Assembly (NCBI GenBank): GCA_964423645.1
Contig: CAYRFE010000010.1
Span: 21,264 to 85,263, forward strand
Direction: 5' to 3'
DNA from: an uncultured bacterium
Lineage (GTDB): Bacteria > Macinerneyibacteriota > Macinerneyibacteria > Macinerneyibacteriales > CAYRFE01
Length of the DNA stretch: 64,000 bases
In this document: positions 20,980 through 31,656 of the stretch, piece after piece
Layout: each line of letters begins with the position of its first letter
Position numbering within the stretch: position 1 is the first letter of the stretch
Notes under the pieces: model-generated
Told to the model about the DNA's origin: nothing
Seen by the model: the letters and a program-made list of their open reading frames with translations, nothing else
The model's database searches: none
Position numbers and translations under genes: made by a program

Positions 20980-22107
20980 ATGTATACACTTATAATAGCC
21001 CGAGGCTATCCCTCGGAAAGATCAAAAAGTTACGGTATTTTCGAATTTGATCAAGCGCAAGCATTGGTAAAAGTCGGATGTAAGGTCGTCTACGCGGCAC
21101 TTGATGTGCGCTCGGTACGACACTGGCGAAAATGGGGTATTGAGCATTTTGAGAAAAATAATGTAACCATAGTCGCGCTTAATATTCCATGCGGGCGGAT
21201 ACCTCTCAAAATACTTTATTTTATCGCTGAAAGAGGATTAAAAATACTGTACTCATATATTGAAAAAAAGTATGGCCCCCCGGATGTGATGCATGCGCAT
21301 TTCCCCGATTATGCTTATGTCGCTACAAAACTCAAAAATAAAACAGGTATCCGATTGGTGGTAACTGAACACTCATCTGAAATAATAAAACCCTCATTAG
21401 TGAAAAACTTGAATAAAATAGCGCAACAAATATATGATAATTCTGACGCGATCATTGCCGTAAGCCCTGCACTTTCGGAAGCTATAGAAAAAAACTACGG
21501 ACACATTGCACGTTACATCCCCAATATGGTTGATATAGACATTTTCACTTACATGCCTCGTCACATACACGATGGTTTTCGATTGGTATCCGTCGGTAAT
21601 CTGATCGTTCGCAAAAGAACAGACCTCACCATTGAAGCATTTCATCAAGCGTTCAAGAATGAACAAAATGTAACATTAACCATTTTCGGCGAAGGCGAAG
21701 AACGTCCGTTCTTGGAAAAACTTATCGAGAAATATAATCTTTCACAAAAAGTATTTCTCAAAGGATTATGCTCGCGTCATGAAATTGCCAAGAATTTTCA
21801 GGAGAGTGATTGTTTTGTGCTTGCATCCCGCGCAGAAACATTCGGTGTCGCGTACGTCGAAGCTATGGCAACCGGACTTCCCGTCATTGCAACAAAATGT
21901 GGCGGAGTCGATGCCTTCATTCATAATGGAAACGGTGTGTTGGTGCCTGTTGATAACCTTGAAGATTTGACCGATGGAATGAAATATATGTATGCGCATG
22001 CTGCTGCTTTTGATCAAAGAAAAATTTCTGAGGAAATGCATCAAAACTTTTCTCCGGAAACGGTATCACGCCAATTGATAGCGGTATACGAATCTTTGAT
22101 AAAATAA
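20980..22107 (+). CDS. Family-4 glycosyltransferase
   Basis: FGVAYVEAMATGLPVIATKCGG GT4 signature. Confidence 0.85.
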   Translation: MYTLIIARGYPSERSKSYGIFEFDQAQALVKVGCKVVYAALDVRSVRHWRKWGIEHFEKNNVTIVALNIPCGRIPLKILYFIAERGLKILYSYIEKKYGPPDVMHAHFPDYAYVATKLKNKTGIRLVVTEHSSEIIKPSLVKNLNKIAQQIYDNSDAIIAVSPALSEAIEKNYGHIARYIPNMVDIDIFTYMPRHIHDGFRLVSVGNLIVRKRTDLTIEAFHQAFKNEQNVTLTIFGEGEERPFLEKLIEKYNLSQKVFLKGLCSRHEIAKNFQESDCFVLASRAETFGVAYVEAMATGLPVIATKCGGVDAFIHNGNGVLVPVDNLEDLTDGMKYMYAHAAAFDQRKISEEMHQNFSPETVSRQLIAVYESLIK

Positions 22108-22168
22108 CCGTTTCAAGATATTTATTAACAATGAATTCCCCTGTCACAAGCTACAGCGTATCAATATA

Positions 22169-22295
22169 GACCTTTGCAAAACTACCGTTTTTTTGAATTT
22201 GCGCCCACCCCAAACCCCTCCCGTGAAAATCGGGAGGGGCTTAAGTTGTTATATAATGGGGACTTCGTCCCCACACCCCTTATAATAACAAAACG
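22169..22295 (-). repeat. Repeat family A copy 4 (reverse orientation), between convergent GT4 genes
   Basis: Hairpin 2 CCCCTCCCgtgaaaatCGGGAGGGG at 22215-22239; hairpin 1 GGGGACTTCGTCCCC at 22258-22272. Confidence 0.75.
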
Positions 22296-22374
22296 ATCAT
22301 AACAAAGCCAAAGCAAGCTTCGGGGAATGTACCCCATTTAGATGAAAAAATGTTGGTTTTACAAAGGTCTCTTA

Positions 22375-23610
22375 TTAAGAATTCTGCAACTCGCGCATCA
22401 CCGCTAAAAACTTTTCCGCAAGAATACTATATTCATGATGAAGGGTAACATATTTTTTCCCTGAATTCCCCATGACCACACGCTGCGCATCAGTATATTG
22501 CGCAAGCTTATGAATAGCATCCATTAATGATCCGATATCTTCGGGAGGAATTGATAGCCCGCAACCTGCCTCGCGCACATCGTCATTACCTGCATCAACG
22601 GCATGGATTATCGGTTTACCGGACATCATATAATCAATCAACTTATTGGGTGAAATTCCGTATCGGTATAAAGGCGAATGCTTCCAACCAATATACAAGG
22701 CATCCATGGATGAAAGCAGATAGGGAATAGCTTTTTTAGGCACTGCATCCAGAAACAAAATATTGTCGGCATGATCGGCCTCACGCTGAAGGCGTTCTTT
22801 TTCCTGACCATGTCCGACCAACACAAAACCGATCTCGGGCATTCTCAGGGCGGCTTGAATAAAAGTATCCAAAGCATTTGCAACGCCGTGTTGGCCTGCA
22901 TACCCGACAACAAATCGATTTTTTCGCCATTTTTTGTAGCACACGACCATTTCTTCCGACAATGCAGCAGTGTCTTCGACCCAATCGCCACTATTTATAC
23001 CATTTGGAATAATGTGCAGTTTGTGTAACGCAAGGCCGTGTTTTTCAACATGTTCATGCACTTTCGGTAAGATCGAAACAACTGCATCTGCATGCGCATA
23101 GGCATAATTTTCGGCATGTTGGCAAAGTATCATAAAAGGATGGTATGGAGACATTTTGCCGACCTCTATGGGTGATAACGGCCACAGATCATGCAATTCA
23201 AAAATCAATTTCGCATGAGACAAATGTGAGATGTGATGTGCAACATAGATATCCATGGGATATGTGCTGGAAGCAATGACCATATCCGGTTTGAATTCAC
23301 GTATTATTTGTGCGGATAACCTGCGAAGTTTGAATAAAAAAGTGAAAATATTACGCACCCTACCGATACCGTTACCGGTATATGAAGGCGTATGAATCCA
23401 GTCATACTCTATAGAATCAATGATTTCCCGTGAACACAGTTTGGTTGTGGTATCAATAGACGGCTGATGCGCACGATAATGGGAATATGATGCGGCGATT
23501 ATTCGTACGGCATGACCGGCATGTACCCATTGACGCGCTAAATAGTACGGACGATGCTCCATCCCTAATGACGGGGTTCCTGCATAGTGTTCAATATACA
23601 GAATATTCAC
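22375..23610 (-). CDS. Family-4 glycosyltransferase
   Basis: GT-B architecture; C-terminal PNKLIDYMMSGKPIIHA motif. Confidence 0.82.
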   Translation of the reverse strand: MNILYIEHYAGTPSLGMEHRPYYLARQWVHAGHAVRIIAASYSHYRAHQPSIDTTTKLCSREIIDSIEYDWIHTPSYTGNGIGRVRNIFTFLFKLRRLSAQIIREFKPDMVIASSTYPMDIYVAHHISHLSHAKLIFELHDLWPLSPIEVGKMSPYHPFMILCQHAENYAYAHADAVVSILPKVHEHVEKHGLALHKLHIIPNGINSGDWVEDTAALSEEMVVCYKKWRKNRFVVGYAGQHGVANALDTFIQAALRMPEIGFVLVGHGQEKERLQREADHADNILFLDAVPKKAIPYLLSSMDALYIGWKHSPLYRYGISPNKLIDYMMSGKPIIHAVDAGNDDVREAGCGLSIPPEDIGSLMDAIHKLAQYTDAQRVVMGNSGKKYVTLHHEYSILAEKFLAVMRELQNS

Positions 23611-23637
23611 TGATTCACCTCGGTGTTCACATTATAT

Positions 23638-24243
23638 TCATATTGACTTAATAAAAGTTATCTCTTTATCAGATGCACGTTGAGCTGAAAACCCCAGCTT
23701 TTCGTAAAATCTGACGCCGCGCGTATTATAATTTTTAACTGATAACACGTATACGTGCTTATTGTGTTTAAGAAGTATCTTCTCAAATTCGCGCACCATT
23801 TCAGCGGCTCTTCCCCCGCCTTGATAATCCGGATGCATACAAATAGACAACAAAGTTGCCTCTTTCGGGTCCACCGCAGAAACAGGTGAAGGTTTTTGTC
23901 TTTTAAAAAAAGATCGTGTTTTTAGAAAAACTCGGCGATAGGCTTCTTTATTGAAAATTGCACATAAATATATCATTCGAATCGCCAAAAAAAACTTATT
24001 TTTTTTCTCAAAATCAGCTCGAGCGTGCGAACCGGTAAAATACCCCATAACAAATCCGACAATGCGATCTTTTTCAACCGCCACGATAAATAACTCATTA
24101 TTCTCAATCATAAACTGCTCGTAATAACGATACAATAACGTTTTTCCCAAAGAGGTAAGAAAATATCCTTGAAAACACTCACAGTGAACTGATACGATAT
24201 TCGAAAGATCAGCAAATGTAGCGACTCTGTAATTCACGTGCAT
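23638..24243 (-). CDS. GNAT-family N-acetyltransferase (candidate amino-sugar N-acetyltransferase)
   Basis: Motif A QGGGRAAEMV; 201 aa; diverges from the aminotransferase gene. Confidence 0.75.
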   Translation of the reverse strand: MHVNYRVATFADLSNIVSVHCECFQGYFLTSLGKTLLYRYYEQFMIENNELFIVAVEKDRIVGFVMGYFTGSHARADFEKKNKFFLAIRMIYLCAIFNKEAYRRVFLKTRSFFKRQKPSPVSAVDPKEATLLSICMHPDYQGGGRAAEMVREFEKILLKHNKHVYVLSVKNYNTRGVRFYEKLGFSAQRASDKEITFIKSI

Positions 24244-24496
24244 GTATGCTCTCCTTCATGAGTGAATGATTCTCCCGTTATAAAGAAACATATACTGTTC
24301 ATCATACGCAGTATTGTATAAGACGTGCAAAACTTTGTCAAGAAGTATGAAAATTTACACAAACGCGATTTTTTAAAACCTTTTATCGGATATTACGTCG
24401 TTTTTTTGTCACGTTGCCGCACAAAGTTTCTTGAATTCTTTCATCAAATGGCATACAATCACAGCGGACGACAGGTCCTTAAAACGGAGGCAATTT

Positions 24497-25666
24497 ATGA
24501 CACTCAAAAAAAGAGACACATTTCTCCCGTATGCCTTGCCATATATGGACGAAAATGAGATCAATGAGGTAATCGACACCATTAAGTCGTGCTGGATTTC
24601 AAAAGGTCCAAAAACAATGGAATTTGAACGTCAATTTGCCGATTATATCGGCGTAAAACACGCTATCGCCATGAATTCTTGTACAGCCGCCTTGCATATT
24701 GCCCTAGTGGCACGCGGCATTGGTGCGGGCGATGAGGTCATAACCACACCGTTCACCTTTGTTTCATCCGCGAATATCATTATTCATGCAGGTGCAAAAC
24801 CGGTTTTTGTCGATATCGATCCTGCCACATTCACGCTGTACCCGCAAAAGATCGAGGCTGCCATCACACCGCAGACAAAAGCGATCATACCGGTACATTA
24901 TGCCGGGCATGCGTGCGATCTTGATCCGATTCGTGCTATAGCCAAAAAACACGGATTATTTTTATTGGAAGATGCAGCGCACGCCGTTGAAACCCGATAT
25001 AAAGGCGCATTGATCGGCAATGGGGCTGATGCGACTGCATTTAGTTTTTATGCAACAAAAAATCTTGCGACCGGAGAAGGCGGTATGCTTACGACCGATG
25101 ATGATGCGTTTGCCGAGAAAGCGCGGATTTACAGTTTACACGGTATGAGCAGAAATGCATGGAACCGTTATTCAAAAGGCGGCTCATGGTTCTACGAAGT
25201 GTTATATCCGGGGTATAAATACAATATGACCGATATTCAGGCTGCCATGGGAATTCATCAATTACGGAAACTGCCTATTATGCAGGGTATCCGCAATAAA
25301 ATTGCTTCACGCTACAATGAATCGTTCGGTGTTATGCCGGAGTTGGAAATCCCCGCATCGCTTTCATATACCACGCATGCATGGCATTTATATCCGTTAC
25401 GCGTGAATGCCGAAAAAAGCGCCGTTGACCGCAACACATTGATCGATATGCTGACAGAACGCAACATCGGCACAAGCGTTCACTTTATACCTGTTCACCT
25501 TCATCCGTATTATCGCGACACGTTTGGATACAAGCGCGGAGATTTCCCCGTTGCAGAACGTGAGTTTGATAAAGTATTGTCGTTACCGTTATACCCATCA
25601 ATGACCGACGATGATGTAGCGTATGTGATAGATGCTGTCCAATCGATAGTTCGAGGTGAGAAATAA
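24497..25666 (+). CDS. DegT/DnrJ/EryC1/StrS-family PLP-dependent sugar aminotransferase (PglE-like)
   Basis: Family motifs including the putative PLP Lys in FSFYATKNLATGEGG; start moved to ATG 24497, which has a strong RBS acggagg (the ORF-track start is 24431). Confidence 0.9.
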   Translation: MTLKKRDTFLPYALPYMDENEINEVIDTIKSCWISKGPKTMEFERQFADYIGVKHAIAMNSCTAALHIALVARGIGAGDEVITTPFTFVSSANIIIHAGAKPVFVDIDPATFTLYPQKIEAAITPQTKAIIPVHYAGHACDLDPIRAIAKKHGLFLLEDAAHAVETRYKGALIGNGADATAFSFYATKNLATGEGGMLTTDDDAFAEKARIYSLHGMSRNAWNRYSKGGSWFYEVLYPGYKYNMTDIQAAMGIHQLRKLPIMQGIRNKIASRYNESFGVMPELEIPASLSYTTHAWHLYPLRVNAEKSAVDRNTLIDMLTERNIGTSVHFIPVHLHPYYRDTFGYKRGDFPVAEREFDKVLSLPLYPSMTDDDVAYVIDAVQSIVRGEK

Positions 25667-25671
25667 CCATT

Positions 25672-26283
25672 ATGCCTTCTAATACGACGCTTTGTTTTAA
25701 ACGGGCCTTTGATTGTTGCGTATCTTTTCTCGCGATCATCTTTTTTTCCCCGCTTCTTGTGATCACCGGTATAGCAGTTGCCCTCACATCGAAGGGGCCG
25801 GTGTTTTTTACTCAAATTCGTGTAGGAAAAATGGGGGAGCATTTCAAGATATTAAAATTCCGCACAATGGTACAAAATGCCGAAAAGATCGGTAAACAGA
25901 TCACGGTTGGTAATGATTCGCGCGTCACCGGGATCGGAGCGATCCTTCGCGCGTCAAAACTTGACGAACTCCCGCAGTTGTTTAATATTTTTATCGGTCA
26001 TATGAGTTTTGTCGGCCCAAGGCCTGAAGTGCCGCGATATGTCGCATTATATACGGACGAGCAACGTTCTGTTCTGTCTGTGAAACCGGGGCTTACTGAC
26101 ATTGCGTCAATAACCTATCGGCATGAAAGCGAACTGCTTGCTGAATCCTCTGATCCCGAATACACGTATATACATGAAATAATGCCACGCAAAATTGAGC
26201 TTAATCAAAACTATATCGCGACAATGTCCATTTTTAATGATATCATCCTTCTGCTGAAAACGGTGTGGGCAGTGCTCCACTAG
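25672..26283 (+). CDS. Small monotopic phosphoglycosyl transferase (PglC/WbaP C-terminal-domain type)
   Basis: Single N-terminal TM then KGPVFFTQIRVGKMGEHFKILKFRTM...FVGPRPE. Confidence 0.88.
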   Translation: MPSNTTLCFKRAFDCCVSFLAIIFFSPLLVITGIAVALTSKGPVFFTQIRVGKMGEHFKILKFRTMVQNAEKIGKQITVGNDSRVTGIGAILRASKLDELPQLFNIFIGHMSFVGPRPEVPRYVALYTDEQRSVLSVKPGLTDIASITYRHESELLAESSDPEYTYIHEIMPRKIELNQNYIATMSIFNDIILLLKTVWAVLH

Positions 26284-26290
26284 GAGAAAC

Positions 26291-28135
26291 ATGAAACGTA
26301 TCGCAAAAAGTTCATTCCTTCCCGTTATTGATGTGATATTGATCAATATCGCATTTTTTGCCGCATTACTTATTCGTTACGACGGGCGTTTTTCAACAAT
26401 TCACACGCAATATATTGAAGCATATACAACTGTCACCTTTTTTATCATCTTAATTTGCACAAAACTGCTCACTTTCGCTTTTTTTCGCTTATATAATAGC
26501 CTTTGGAAATATGCAAGTATTGAAGAAGGAATGCGTATTATCGCTGCTGTTATTGTAGGAAATCTCTTTTTTATCAGCAGTTTATATCTGCTCCAGATAC
26601 ATTTTCCACGGAGCGTTTATCTTTTAACACCGATCTTTGATATCATTTTTATCGGCGGTGTACGCTTCAATTACCGTATGTTACGACATCTTCATACAAA
26701 AACATTTAAGAAAAAAAATCCCGAACGAAAGAATGTCTGTATAATCGGAGGTGGCGAAGCAGGTGCGATGGTCATTCGGGAGATTCGTAACCATGTCAAC
26801 TTGAATATGTCTCCGACAGCGATCATAGACGATGACAAAAAAAAGCACGGGCAACAGATCAACGGCATACCCATCGTGGGAGGACGTGATACAATCAACG
26901 AAACAGTGACACGATACGGGATCGATATAATTATCATCGCGGTACCCTCTGCCCCCCCGCTCGAGATTCGACATTTGATCGAATTATGTAACACAACATC
27001 ATGTAAAATCAAAATTCTCCCCGGTATATATGAGATCATAACAGGGGATGTCTCTTTCGATCAAATTCGCGACGTACAAATCGAAGACCTTTTGGGACGT
27101 GCCCCTGTTGTGTTGGACAATGACGAACTTGAAGCATTTCTATCAAATAAAAGAATTTGCGTTACCGGGGGTGGGGGATCGATCGGCGCTGAGTTGTGCC
27201 GGCAAATTGCTCGTTTTCATCCTGAGGAGATCATCATACTTGATTCATATGAGAACAGCGCTTATGATCTTGAAAACGAACTTAAAAGAACATTTCCTGC
27301 ACTTCATTTATCTGTGGTGATCGCTTCCGTTCGCGATAAAGAGCGTATGATTTCGGTCTTTACCGCACTCAAACCACACGTGGTCTTTCATGCTGCCGCT
27401 CACAAACACGTTCCCCTTATGGAGCACAATCCGTCAGAAGCAATAAAGAACAATGTTTTCGGCACTATCAATACGATCGAGGCGGCAGTCGCGGTCAATA
27501 CGGAAAAATTTGTACTCATTTCTACTGACAAAGCGGTGAACCCCACTAATGTAATGGGCACCACAAAGCGAATATGTGAAATGGCAGTACAGGCATACAA
27601 CGGAAAAAGCTCAACCGAATTTGTCGCGGTCCGGTTCGGAAATGTCTTAGGAAGTAACGGAAGCGTGATCCCGTTGTTTAAACGCCAGATCGAAACAGGC
27701 GGCCCTATCACCGTTACTCATCCTGATATTATTCGGTATTTCATGACTATTCCGGAAGCGGCACAACTCGTACTGCAAGCCGGAGCTATGGCGCAAGGCG
27801 GAGAAGTATTTATTCTCGATATGGGTGAACCTGTTAAAATCGTTGATCTCGCACGAAATTTGATAAAACTCTCAGGGCTTGAACCCGACATTGATATTCG
27901 TATCGAATTTACAGGGTTACGACCGGGGGAAAAGTTATATGAAGAACTACTTCTTGCAGAAGAAGGAATTGAAAAAACACGTATCGATAAGATTTTTATC
28001 GGAAATCAGATCGCACCTGATTATCAACAATTCCATGCACATTTAGCCAATTTATCGACAATAGTAAATGCCGATACCGAGACCATCATACAAACATTAC
28101 AAGAAATTGTTCCGACCTATACACCGAAAAAGTAA
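26291..28135 (+). CDS. Membrane-anchored NDP-sugar 4,6-dehydratase (PglF/CapD/WbpM family)
   Basis: Four N-terminal TM helices, two Rossmann regions (GGGEAGAM..., TGGGGSIGAELCRQ), SDR-extended catalytic region. Confidence 0.9.
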   Translation: MKRIAKSSFLPVIDVILINIAFFAALLIRYDGRFSTIHTQYIEAYTTVTFFIILICTKLLTFAFFRLYNSLWKYASIEEGMRIIAAVIVGNLFFISSLYLLQIHFPRSVYLLTPIFDIIFIGGVRFNYRMLRHLHTKTFKKKNPERKNVCIIGGGEAGAMVIREIRNHVNLNMSPTAIIDDDKKKHGQQINGIPIVGGRDTINETVTRYGIDIIIIAVPSAPPLEIRHLIELCNTTSCKIKILPGIYEIITGDVSFDQIRDVQIEDLLGRAPVVLDNDELEAFLSNKRICVTGGGGSIGAELCRQIARFHPEEIIILDSYENSAYDLENELKRTFPALHLSVVIASVRDKERMISVFTALKPHVVFHAAAHKHVPLMEHNPSEAIKNNVFGTINTIEAAVAVNTEKFVLISTDKAVNPTNVMGTTKRICEMAVQAYNGKSSTEFVAVRFGNVLGSNGSVIPLFKRQIETGGPITVTHPDIIRYFMTIPEAAQLVLQAGAMAQGGEVFILDMGEPVKIVDLARNLIKLSGLEPDIDIRIEFTGLRPGEKLYEELLLAEEGIEKTRIDKIFIGNQIAPDYQQFHAHLANLSTIVNADTETIIQTLQEIVPTYTPKK

Positions 28136-28204
28136 TTAAGAATCGGTCTGACTCCCACACAATATACTGAGAGATCATATTCTCTCGTTATAAAAAACAA
28201 TATC

Positions 28205-29719
28205 TTGCCTAAAAGCATTTTTCAGGATATACTCTCTTTCGTTATGGCAAAAATTCACTATACAAATGGTCACGTATACACCGCATCACGCGGTTTTATT
28301 AAAGATTTTTATGTTCATGATGGTGTATTCTCATCTTCTCCCGTCGGCACTGCGAAAACGATTGATCTGCGCGGTGCTACCGTTGTTCCCGGCTTTATCG
28401 ACTCGCATACGCATATTTTATCTGCGGGATTGAATACACTTGGACTTGATTGTCGTCCCTTCACCACGTTAAGTGATCTTTTAGGGGAAATTGCTGACTA
28501 TTGCTCCGCACATGCCCACAACAGTGTCTTATTTGCATATGGATTTGATGAATCAGTGTTGAGTGAAAAGCGCTTTCCTACGCCGGAAGAGTTACGTGAT
28601 GTTACCGGAACCTTGCCGTTTTTCATCAAACGTGTCGATATGCATTCGATGATGGTAAATACTACATTTGAACGTGAATATAACGTCAAATCAGACAACG
28701 GTATCATTCGCGGCTTAGAATATGATGCTGTTATCGTTAAAACCCAAAAACGATTTTCCGACAGTGAACGATATGAAGCCCTTCGCGTTATGGAGAAAAA
28801 AGCATATGCCGCAGGAATCACCGCGCTTCACACTATGGAAGGATACTTGGATGATTATACAGCGATTGACTTTCATCTCAAATATCGCGGAACTCCGGGT
28901 ATCGACTATATTGTATATCCCCAAGTAATGAATGTCGCCGGAATGAAAACCCGTGGATTCGATCGAATAGGCGGATGTATTCTTCTTGACGGCTCACTTG
29001 GCTCACGTACCGCAGCGATCACAGGGGACTATTCAGACGATCCCGGAAACAATGGGCGTTTATATCTAAACGATGATGAACTGTATACATTTGCTGAAGA
29101 AGCGCATCTCGAAGGTATGCAATTAAGTTTTCATGCAATCGGTGACCGCGCGGTGCATCAAATTGCGAATGTGTATGAAAAATTATTGTCACGACATCCG
29201 CGTGCCGACCATCGTCACCGTATTGAACATGCAATTCTTATTCAAGATAAGGACTTTGAGCGCTTGGCTCGACTGGGAATTTGGCTCGACTATCAACCGA
29301 TTTTTGAATATTTGTGGGGAGGCTTTAATAAACTTTATCATGCTCGAGTGGGAGACGCGCGTGTCCCCTTACTCCATAGATTACGTACGACACAATGTTT
29401 CGAAATACCTTTTGCATTCGGGTCTGATTGCGATGTTACCGTGCTTAATCCGCTTGCCGGTATTCACGGAGCCGTTAATCGAGAAATAACCGAAGAAGCG
29501 ATAACGGTAGAATCGGCGGTGAACGCATTTACTATAGACGCAGCAAAGATCGGATTTGGCGAATCCGCCTTAGGGTCAATCGATGATGGAAAATATGCCG
29601 ACTTTACACTGCTTGAACGAGATATCTTTTCAAATCCAGCGACCATTAAAGACTGCTCCATTAGCGCCGTATATAAAAAAGGTGAATGCGTATTCGGTTG
29701 TATTGACACGATAGTATAA
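28205..29719 (+). CDS. Amidohydrolase-family metal-dependent hydrolase (Amidohydro_3-like)
   Basis: GFIDSHTHIL metal-binding start and downstream His/Asp ligands; true start may be Met 28244. Confidence 0.8.
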   Translation: MPKSIFQDILSFVMAKIHYTNGHVYTASRGFIKDFYVHDGVFSSSPVGTAKTIDLRGATVVPGFIDSHTHILSAGLNTLGLDCRPFTTLSDLLGEIADYCSAHAHNSVLFAYGFDESVLSEKRFPTPEELRDVTGTLPFFIKRVDMHSMMVNTTFEREYNVKSDNGIIRGLEYDAVIVKTQKRFSDSERYEALRVMEKKAYAAGITALHTMEGYLDDYTAIDFHLKYRGTPGIDYIVYPQVMNVAGMKTRGFDRIGGCILLDGSLGSRTAAITGDYSDDPGNNGRLYLNDDELYTFAEEAHLEGMQLSFHAIGDRAVHQIANVYEKLLSRHPRADHRHRIEHAILIQDKDFERLARLGIWLDYQPIFEYLWGGFNKLYHARVGDARVPLLHRLRTTQCFEIPFAFGSDCDVTVLNPLAGIHGAVNREITEEAITVESAVNAFTIDAAKIGFGESALGSIDDGKYADFTLLERDIFSNPATIKDCSISAVYKKGECVFGCIDTIV

Positions 29720-29742
29720 CACATATTAACGGAGGTATTCGT

Positions 29743-31059
29743 ATGCAACAATGGTTTAATACCCATAAACAAGAAATTTTTGATGACCTCAAAGGTCTTA
29801 TCGCTATTCAGAGCTTAGAATCTCCAGAAAAACCCGGCGCACCGTTTGGTGATAATGTTGCAAAAGCATTAAAATATTGTCTTGCCTTAAGCGAACAATT
29901 CGGTTTTAAAGCGATCAATCTTGATGAAAAAGTAGGCTACGCTGAATGGGGTGAAGGAGAAAAAACATTTGCGATCCTTGCGCACGTTGATATTGTTCCG
30001 GAAGGTACCGGGTGGACCACAGACCCGTTAATCCTTGCTGAGCGCGACGGCAAATGGTTTGCTCGCGGTGTGTTGGATGATAAAGGTCCATGCATTGCCG
30101 CACTTTATGTAATGCGTTATTTAAAGGAAATCGGTATAATCCCCTCCATGAAAGTACGCTTAATTTTCGGTACAAACGAAGAGACCGGCATGGAATGCAT
30201 CAAACACTACCTTTCCTGTGAACCGATGCCGGATTATGGGATCACGCCTGACGCAAGCTTTCCGCTTATATACGCCGAAAAAGGGATCACCAGTTATGAA
30301 TTTTTGCGTACGGACAAACACCCGGATATAATATCGCTGAAAGGCGGAACAGCAGCCAATATGGTTCCGGCGTATGCCGAAGCAGTGATAAAAGGGAATT
30401 ATACGTTCAAACCTGCAGAATCCGTAACTATCACCACGCAACCTGACGGTACGTTTAAAATCAGTGCAACAGGGAAATCCGCTCATGCCAGTTTGCCTGG
30501 ACACGGAGTGAATGCGATATCCATTCTTTTGATGTATTTATCTGATTATATCGAATCACCATTCATTAACTTTTACTACGATCGAATCGGTATGGATTAT
30601 TATGGCGAAAAAATAGGGGTTGCATTTGAAGACGAAAGCGGTAAATTAACATTGAACACCGGGGTATTAAGCGATGACGGTATAATCGTGAATATACGAT
30701 ATCCGGTTACGTTTAACAATTCCACCATTGAACGACAATTTTCTCATGCGATTTTACCATTTTCAGGGATGAAAGTTGAGTGTAAAGGTAATTCGCTCCC
30801 TCTCTATGTCCCCAAAGACAGCCTCTTGGTACAAAAACTTCTTGCCGCCTATCAAAAAGTCACCGGCGACACCACAAGCGTTCCCCTTGCAATAGGCGGA
30901 GGTACGTATGCACGTGCATTAAAAAACGCAGTTGCATTTGGTCCGGTTTTCCCCGGAGAAGAAGAAACAGCACATCAAAAAGATGAATATATATCTGTAG
31001 AAAGTTTCAAGAAAACAATGATTATTTATGCTGAAGCATTGCAAAGTTTAGTAATCTGA
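29743..31059 (+). CDS. M20-family dipeptidase (PepV/Sapep-like)
   Basis: HVDIVPEG, DDKG and C-terminal EEETAHQKDEY motifs. Confidence 0.85.
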   Translation: MQQWFNTHKQEIFDDLKGLIAIQSLESPEKPGAPFGDNVAKALKYCLALSEQFGFKAINLDEKVGYAEWGEGEKTFAILAHVDIVPEGTGWTTDPLILAERDGKWFARGVLDDKGPCIAALYVMRYLKEIGIIPSMKVRLIFGTNEETGMECIKHYLSCEPMPDYGITPDASFPLIYAEKGITSYEFLRTDKHPDIISLKGGTAANMVPAYAEAVIKGNYTFKPAESVTITTQPDGTFKISATGKSAHASLPGHGVNAISILLMYLSDYIESPFINFYYDRIGMDYYGEKIGVAFEDESGKLTLNTGVLSDDGIIVNIRYPVTFNNSTIERQFSHAILPFSGMKVECKGNSLPLYVPKDSLLVQKLLAAYQKVTGDTTSVPLAIGGGTYARALKNAVAFGPVFPGEEETAHQKDEYISVESFKKTMIIYAEALQSLVI

Positions 31060-31063
31060 AAGG

Positions 31064-31531
31064 ATGATCCAACGAATGCGTGCCAATAACTATGTGAATG
31101 AAAATCTTTTTAAAGAATTTGAAAAGGTTGATTTTTTCAACTCGCTCAATTATGAAGATATTGAATGGATTCTCATGCGGGGTGATATGACAATTATTCC
31201 CCCGCATGTGCACCTTATTGAAGAAAATACATCAGGAAAAGATTTTTACATACTCCTTGATGGAGAAATGTCTGTGTATCAATCTGTTAATAATAAACGG
31301 ATCGATATACTTACCCTTACCGCAGGAGCGATCATAGGTGAAATTGGCGCTCTTTTACATTTAAAACGAACCGCAACGGTTGAAGCCCTCACTGAATGCG
31401 TGGTCTTGCGTTATACGGATGCGCTTTTTTCTGAAACTGAGCATATGAAACCGACTCTCGGAAATGCATTATACCGAAATGTAATCTCAATACTTATTCA
31501 TCGATACGCGATCACCAAAAAAGATGAATGA
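31064..31531 (+). CDS. Cyclic-nucleotide-binding-domain protein
   Basis: GEIGALLHLKRTATVEALTEC matches the cNMP-binding phosphate-binding cassette. Confidence 0.65.
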   Translation: MIQRMRANNYVNENLFKEFEKVDFFNSLNYEDIEWILMRGDMTIIPPHVHLIEENTSGKDFYILLDGEMSVYQSVNNKRIDILTLTAGAIIGEIGALLHLKRTATVEALTECVVLRYTDALFSETEHMKPTLGNALYRNVISILIHRYAITKKDE

Positions 31532-31656
31532 ACAGTCGTTGTCAGCATACAACCGTACTATGTTCGATCTCAAAATTTAATTAATTTTTTATTGTTCGCC
31601 CCCCTTGCACAATGTGGTTTTTTTGTGTACTATCACTGTAGCACAAGGAGGACAAC

